IMG/VR virus record: IMGVR_UViG_3300046010_015054
Span: 1-64,000 of that record
Length of the DNA stretch: 64,000 nt
Direction: 5' to 3' (one strand)
Source of the DNA: a virus
Part shown: positions 58,601-64,000 of the stretch, one piece after another
How positions within the stretch are numbered: the first letter of the stretch is position 1
Layout of the letters: the number at the start of each line of letters is the position of its first letter
Notes under the pieces: generated by a model
Database searches by the model: none
What the model was told of the DNA's origin: nothing
The model's input: the letters and a program-made list of their open reading frames with translations, nothing else
Program-made: the position numbers and the translations under genes

Positions 58601-60312
58601 AAGGCTATCTCTTCTCGCATTATTTTGTTCATATGTGTGTTAGCAAACAAGGCCGATTCTTGGATAATACGCTGACCGGACAATGTAATACTCTCACTTA
58701 GAATAACATTACCATAACGAAAACCCCCTAAAGCAGTAGCACCATACAATGAGTTCAACAAGATCTTCATTGTATGTTGTAGTAAGTGGTATTGAGCCCC
58801 TTTCTCTTTATCACCTGCTTTATAAGATTCCTTCATTTTATTTTTATACAAAACCCTTTCTTCAAACCATTTAGCAAGAATAGTTTTCAATACTGAATCG
58901 AAATCTGTTCTATACATAACACCATTAGCAGACACTGCAAATCCCATATCTTCAATTAGATTTATAAGTTTCCCAGCCTCTATCTTGGTTCGTTTTCTGG
59001 ATGAATTTTCCAGTGTAAGTTCGGTTTCCGGATTTAGTTTTTTCAAATCATTTAATCCGTAACGGCAGTTAAATATTTCCTTTCCTTCCACTATAACTTT
59101 CTCATTTGGTATAATTATACGCCCTACTAGCGTTTCTTTACCAATGTTTAAAGACATAATAATAGATGGGTATAGAGAAGTTAAATCTTCGTCAAACATA
59201 TACTTATATAACCCTGCTTGGGGGCAAAATAAGTAACCACCGGCGTAGTTCAACTTAGTAATTGGGTTTTTATCGCGGCTAGGCGGTATAGTACCTTGAG
59301 ACAATAGGTAAGCACTAATTGCGCCGTCGTGAATCATGCTGTTTTTATAGACGTCACTATAATTGATCTTACCTTTGTGGGCTAGGTTTTTTGTTAACGA
59401 AATATATTGAAATTTTTCGTCTAACGCTTTTAAGATCTCAACATCTCGAAAGTTATATTGAATAAAAGTTTGAATATCTTCTTCAAACAACCGATCTAAA
59501 CTACCTTCGTATTCAATTTTTTCTAAACCAACGTATTTTTTACCTAACGCATCTAATTTATACGAGGGTTCATCTTTAAAGCTATATTTTTTGTGTAGCT
59601 TCATGTAGTCAAGATTTTCAACTCCCGCCATTAGTAGGGGTTGGTCTTTATTCCACTCACTTTGGTCGTAAACAATGTTAACCGGAGAGATAGCACTAGC
59701 GATTTCTTGGTCGAATACATTAGAGATGCGGTAGTAGAGGTAGGGTATGTCGAAATAATCGCTATTATACCCTATGAGTATATCCGGATTAATTTCGCGC
59801 ATTCTTATTAAGAAAGTTTCTAAAAGCTTTTCTTCGCTTTCACAAGGAACAATTTCTTTATTTTTAGCTTTGGTGTGCTTTAATTGTCCTTTTTTATCTA
59901 AAATAAGAATTACCCATTGATCCTCTTGTTTGTACCACCATGCAATTGAAGTAACGGGTTTGGGAGCACTTTTGATATATTCTTCCGTAAGTGCTCCCCC
60001 CATTTCAATCTCAATATCAAAAAATACTTCTTTATGGGTTGTTGAAGGTTCATCATTAGTTCCATACTTTTCAACTAAAAACCTTTGGTAAGGTTTCATA
60101 TCGTTAAAATGAACTTTATTATCTTCTTTATCCCATTTGTAAGTTTTCCTAAGAGATTCTTTTTTTAAACCAACAAATTCTTCTTCTTGTTCGTCACATT
60201 CGATGTAGGCAGGGTAGTTCCACTCAAAATTAGTGTAACCCTTATCTTCCCATAAATGGATTTTATATTTGTTATTGCCTAATCTAGTAGCAAAACAAGA
60301 TTTGTAACTCAT
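58597..60312 (-). CDS. family B DNA polymerase, N-terminal part (exonuclease, motifs A and B)
   Basis: FDIE, GYNSDYFDIPY, YNFRD, DLTSLYPSII, KILLNSLYG. Confidence 0.95.
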   Translation of the reverse strand: MSYKSCFATRLGNNKYKIHLWEDKGYTNFEWNYPAYIECDEQEEEFVGLKKESLRKTYKWDKEDNKVHFNDMKPYQRFLVEKYGTNDEPSTTHKEVFFDIEIEMGGALTEEYIKSAPKPVTSIAWWYKQEDQWVILILDKKGQLKHTKAKNKEIVPCESEEKLLETFLIRMREINPDILIGYNSDYFDIPYLYYRISNVFDQEIASAISPVNIVYDQSEWNKDQPLLMAGVENLDYMKLHKKYSFKDEPSYKLDALGKKYVGLEKIEYEGSLDRLFEEDIQTFIQYNFRDVEILKALDEKFQYISLTKNLAHKGKINYSDVYKNSMIHDGAISAYLLSQGTIPPSRDKNPITKLNYAGGYLFCPQAGLYKYMFDEDLTSLYPSIIMSLNIGKETLVGRIIIPNEKVIVEGKEIFNCRYGLNDLKKLNPETELTLENSSRKRTKIEAGKLINLIEDMGFAVSANGVMYRTDFDSVLKTILAKWFEERVLYKNKMKESYKAGDKEKGAQYHLLQHTMKILLNSLYGATALGGFRYGNVILSESITLSGQRIIQESALFANTHMNKIMREEIAL

Positions 60313-60929
60313 TATTTAAAGAATTGATTCAGATCAGGTTTAAAATAATTAATTGATTTCATTACTTTACGGTCTCGAGTACGATATACAACATACTTGT
60401 TACCAACCTGCTCATAGTGACAGCCTTCGCCTTGTTCTTGTGAACGTGTTTCAACAGTCTTTTGTGCCTCTTCTTGTGTAAAACAAGCTTTTGAAAGATT
60501 TGATGCCTGTACTTCCATATAAGCGGGCCAAATTTGATTCTTAAGGCCATGAAGCATAGTACCGTTCCCAAGGGATACATAAGCAATGTCACACAATGCA
60601 TCCAAAATTTCCACGATGTCTTGTTTTTCACAAGCTTGTTTATATTCCTCAAGTTCTTCCAAAACGAAGTTGTAGACAAAATCCCATTCAGATTTTGCTG
60701 GAATTGTGGGTGCATAATTGTTGGGTTTATTCATTAAGCTGTTGAACTCTTCAACCTCGCTTACGAATGGTACATATTTGGAATTGAATAATTTTGCAAT
60801 TCTACCTGCAGTTTCTTCAGCCCAATCTATTTCAGGGTTACGGGTTGCTTCATCTCGATCAGAGAATGAACGAAGTAATCCTAAACTATTAATTAATTCT
60901 ATTGTTATTAATTCTTTAAATTGAGACAT
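60312..60929 (-). CDS. MazG-like / PRA-PH-like NTP pyrophosphohydrolase
   Basis: LEELEEY, ILDALCDIAYV, EVQASNLSK, KVMKS..Y.KP. Confidence 0.85.
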   Translation of the reverse strand: MSQFKELITIELINSLGLLRSFSDRDEATRNPEIDWAEETAGRIAKLFNSKYVPFVSEVEEFNSLMNKPNNYAPTIPAKSEWDFVYNFVLEELEEYKQACEKQDIVEILDALCDIAYVSLGNGTMLHGLKNQIWPAYMEVQASNLSKACFTQEEAQKTVETRSQEQGEGCHYEQVGNKYVVYRTRDRKVMKSINYFKPDLNQFFK

Positions 60930-61620
60930 GACCATTATTTATTTTAAGACTATCAAAGAATTCTTTACGAGCTTGGTTATCATTTTCCATGAACACACCT
61001 GATGCTTTGGTAGTTACCATTGCTGCACCTTGGTGATTAATACCTCTACAAGATACACAGTTGTGTGTAGCAACTACAGTTACAATTACACCACGATTAC
61101 CTTCACATACTTTATTTACTGCTTGGTGAATAGCTGATGTAAGTTGTTCTTGGATAGCACCTCGACGACCAAAATGTTCTACAATTCGGTTTAGTTTAGA
61201 TAAACCAATTACACGACCATTATCTCCAGCTACATAACCAATATGTACTACACCACGAATTGTTTGGTGGTGGTGTGAACACATTGATGTAAGTTGAATG
61301 TTACGTTCAATGATAATTCCATCATAACCATCTGAGGGGAATGAAGTAATTTCTGTAAATGGAGTATAACGGCCTTTCCATAAATCGTTTACGTATGCTT
61401 TAGCTACGCGACGAGGTGTCTCCATTGAGTTAGGGTCATTTTGCCAATCACATTTTAGTGCTGTAAGAAAGCGTCCAAAGTGCTCTGCTGCTTCCTCGAT
61501 CATTGCTTCTTTTTGTTCAGCTGAAAGTGGGAAATCACCTGCTACTCCGTTTGCGAAACCAACAGGAACGCATTCAATATTTTCGTGTTTTTTACGACGT
61601 TTATTTTCTATATTTTCCAT
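60916..61620 (-). CDS. folE: GTP cyclohydrolase I
   Basis: ETPRRVAK, SMCSHH, GLSKL.R, QEQLT, H.C...RG. Confidence 0.95.
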   Translation of the reverse strand: MENIENKRRKKHENIECVPVGFANGVAGDFPLSAEQKEAMIEEAAEHFGRFLTALKCDWQNDPNSMETPRRVAKAYVNDLWKGRYTPFTEITSFPSDGYDGIIIERNIQLTSMCSHHHQTIRGVVHIGYVAGDNGRVIGLSKLNRIVEHFGRRGAIQEQLTSAIHQAVNKVCEGNRGVIVTVVATHNCVSCRGINHQGAAMVTTKASGVFMENDNQARKEFFDSLKINNGHVSI

Positions 61621-61643
61621 AACATTAATATAATAACTTTTTT

Positions 61644-62168
61644 TTAAAGAGCAAAGATAGATTTAAGATTTCTTTTATAACCCCCTGTTGAATCCATTCC
61701 ATAACCAATCAACCATTCATCCTCGCATTCAAAAGCATGTCTAAATGAAGATATAAGACTATGAGGTCCTATAGGGTTAAATTCATTTTTAGCTCGTTTT
61801 ACTAGAGTAACAACATTGATATCTTTTGCACCTTTAATATTAAAATATTTAGCTAAAAATCGCATTGTTTCTCCTGAATCAAAAATATCATCAACTAAGT
61901 AAACGTACTTACCCTGCACTGATGTTTCAATATCTTTAGTGAGTTGAATACTGCCTCGTTCTTTACCTGAGTAGGATTTGACTCGAACAAAATCACATTC
62001 TACATCAATATCCATATTACGAACTAGATCTGAATAGAACATAAATGCTCCATTTAGTACTCCTACCATTACAACAGGTGTAGCATCATTTTTATGCTCG
62101 CGAGAAATTTGTTGAGCAATAATTTTGGTTTTAATGTCTATATCGTGAGCAGAATATAATTCAATCAT
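61644..62168 (-). CDS. hpt: hypoxanthine/purine phosphoribosyltransferase
   Basis: VLNGA.MF..DL, KSY, LVDDIFDSGET, IGYGMD...RNL. Confidence 0.88.
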   Translation of the reverse strand: MIELYSAHDIDIKTKIIAQQISREHKNDATPVVMVGVLNGAFMFYSDLVRNMDIDVECDFVRVKSYSGKERGSIQLTKDIETSVQGKYVYLVDDIFDSGETMRFLAKYFNIKGAKDINVVTLVKRAKNEFNPIGPHSLISSFRHAFECEDEWLIGYGMDSTGGYKRNLKSIFAL

Positions 62169-62170
62169 AA

Positions 62171-63109
62171 TTAATTAGATAAAGGTGCTTTGATTGGATC
62201 GTGGTGAATATAGTTTTTTAATTCTGCCGATACACTACCTTCCAACAAATCTAGTTCTGTTATCTCTACTGTAGGTAAAGTCATTGGTTTTCTAGTGATT
62301 TGTTCTTTTGCCTGTTCAACGTGATTTGAATACAAATGAACATCACCTAAATTACCAATCAATTCATCAGGTACCATGTCTACTTCTTTAGCAATCATTT
62401 CAAGCAATAATCCGTAAGAGGCAATATTGAATGGTAAACCTAAGAATGTATCTACTGAACGTTGATTCCACATTAGAGAGATTGCTCTGTATTTTCCAGG
62501 ATTAATAATCTTCTCTTCACGTGTAGTTGGTCTTGTATAAACTTGAAATCCGTAATGGCAAGGAGGTAGAGCCATATGTTCTAGATCATCAACATTCCAA
62601 GCTGAAACCATTAATCGTCTTGAATCTGGGTTTGTTTTGAGTTGATAAATTAGATTTTTAATTTGGTCAATATCACCACCTGCTAAATCAGATGATGGCC
62701 ACTTTCTCCATTGTGCTCCATAAATTGGTCCTAACTCACCCCAAACGTGTGCAAAAATAGGATCTGTTTTAATACGCTGAACAAAGTCTTCCATTGACAA
62801 TGGTTCATCTAATTCGTATTCCCATACAGTTTTATAACGTTTGTATGCATCCCCAGTCCATATGTTACATCCATTCTCAACCAAATACTTAATGTTGGTA
62901 TTTCCTTTCAAAAACCACAGTAACTCAGTTACCATAGTTTTGAATGCCATTTTCTTAGTAGTAAGCAAAGGATAACCGTCAGACATTTTATGTCTGATCT
63001 GACGACCAAATACTGAAATAGTTCCGGTACCTGTTCTGTCTTCCTTTTTTACTCCGTTATCTAGGATATCTTGTAGGAGTGCTTGGTATGTTTTATCTAA
63101 ATTGTTCAT
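62171..63109 (-). CDS. thyA: thymidylate synthase
   Basis: DRTGTGT, ELLWF, PDSRR, ALPPCH, QRSVD.FLGLPFN. Confidence 0.97.
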   Translation of the reverse strand: MNNLDKTYQALLQDILDNGVKKEDRTGTGTISVFGRQIRHKMSDGYPLLTTKKMAFKTMVTELLWFLKGNTNIKYLVENGCNIWTGDAYKRYKTVWEYELDEPLSMEDFVQRIKTDPIFAHVWGELGPIYGAQWRKWPSSDLAGGDIDQIKNLIYQLKTNPDSRRLMVSAWNVDDLEHMALPPCHYGFQVYTRPTTREEKIINPGKYRAISLMWNQRSVDTFLGLPFNIASYGLLLEMIAKEVDMVPDELIGNLGDVHLYSNHVEQAKEQITRKPMTLPTVEITELDLLEGSVSAELKNYIHHDPIKAPLSN

Positions 63110-63279
63110 TTTACAAAACGTGTTGCAGAGTGAGTCCCATCTGGGTTATTTGTAAAACTGGCTAAGTTAATAAAATCTTGTTTATTTTTAATAGCATTAT
63201 GAACGACAACAGAAATAATTTTACCTGTAGAATCGTCTACTATAACATGTCCTTTATTATTTTCTAGTAGGAGCTGCAT
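63106..63279 (-). CDS. small hypothetical protein
   Basis: Start at MQLLLEN. Confidence 0.5.
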   Translation of the reverse strand: MQLLLENNKGHVIVDDSTGKIISVVVHNAIKNKQDFINLASFTNNPDGTHSATRFVK

Positions 63280-63409
63280 CGTAACATTTTTTACAAATCC
63301 AAACAAAATGAGGAATCCCAAAGTTATTTCTTTCTACTTTAACTCCTTTTTTAAAAGTTATAGAATCTAAACAGTTATGGCAAACTATTTTTTCACTAGT
63401 TTTAGCCAT
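63257..63409 (-). CDS. small Zn-ribbon protein (50 aa)
   Basis: Read by hand: MAKTSEKIVCHNC...WICKKC. Confidence 0.55.
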   Translation of the reverse strand: MAKTSEKIVCHNCLDSITFKKGVKVERNNFGIPHFVWICKKCYDAAPTRK

Positions 63410-63588
63410 TATTTTATTTTTTTTACTTCGTAAATATTTCCTGAAGTGGTGTTGGCTTGAAATAGTTCAGCTAATTTTGTAGCAGCACTCATAGATTCAA
63501 ACTCCATAGGAATACCCTCACTATCATTCACGATGATAGTACGAGGGATTCCTTGGATGTTAGTATGCTTAAAAATGACAAAAGGCAT
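63409..63588 (-). CDS. small hypothetical protein (59 aa)
   Basis: Read by hand: MPFVIFKHTNIQG...; stop/start coupled on both sides. Confidence 0.55.
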   Translation of the reverse strand: MPFVIFKHTNIQGIPRTIIVNDSEGIPMEFESMSAATKLAELFQANTTSGNIYEVKKIK

Positions 63589-64000
63589 TAGACTTCACGT
63601 TTAGTATCAAAAGCAATAATATGTTCACGACCTGTAAAGTTATAGTAATTCTTAGTACACCAATCAATTACCATAGGATAAACACGAATTAGTTCTTGAC
63701 GATTATCTCCAGGAGGCATAATCCAGATTTTATCTTTTGGTACTTCTAGCTCATCCATAAATGAACGAATTTCAGCCCAAGTTTCTGGCATTTCATCTGG
63801 GTTAACGACTACCTTCATATGGTAGTCTGAATGATAAGCCATTGACTTTTTAATCGCGTCTTTGTTTAGACGTAGTCGATTGTGAGTATCAATGAATTTT
63901 TGATCTACAATACTCCCAAGAGGTGTAGTACCCCCAAGTACAGGCACGCTGTTACTAAATTTAGGGCTGAAACTAATAAGCCCAATAGGATAATCTGTTT
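63588..64000 (-). CDS. queE: 7-carboxy-7-deazaguanine synthase (QueE-like radical SAM), C-terminal part; 5' end outside window
   Basis: Frame open to the right edge: LISFSPKFSNS, KVVV, IWIMPPG, FTGREHI; near folE. Confidence 0.7.
   Translation of the reverse strand, partial: TDYPIGLISFSPKFSNSVPVLGGTTPLGSIVDQKFIDTHNRLRLNKDAIKKSMAYHSDYHMKVVVNPDEMPETWAEIRSFMDELEVPKDKIWIMPPGDNRQELIRVYPMVIDWCTKNYYNFTGREHIIAFDTKREV

Overview
64-kb segment of a large, AT-rich dsDNA tailed-phage genome, read in the standard code. Almost everything is on the minus strand. The host is probably a Bacteroidota bacterium, inferred from TTTG...TAnnTTTA promoters, Shine-Dalgarno-less AT-rich leaders and Bacteroidota-style lipoproteins. 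From left to right: (1) ~1.7-5.9 kb, a cluster of 11 canonical tRNAs, three non-canonical tRNA-like RNAs and seven stem-closed intergenic RNAs; (2) ~6-30 kb, an accessory region of small genes with many repeated promoters, a GC-rich non-coding block and six copies of a gene-junction repeat; (3) ~30.7-52.4 kb, a large glycan-modification locus (about 10 glycosyltransferase-like genes, methyl-, amino- and acetyltransferases) containing a RuBisCO-like protein next to cupin, HAD/nucleotidyltransferase and GDPD-like genes; (4) ~52.4-64 kb, a replication/nucleotide module (T4-like clamp loader and clamp, GroEL/GroES, split family-B DNA polymerase, MazG-like, FolE, HPRT, ThyA, partial QueE). The best candidates for undescribed systems are the duplicated 'AGTCAGG tRNA-like RNA + CCAUAAGAAC hairpin' module within the ncRNA array, the RLP-centred sugar pathway, and the AACCTTTAACACCAAAGAGAAATG junction-repeat gene cassettes. 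All protein calls come from motif recognition by eye, not database searches.
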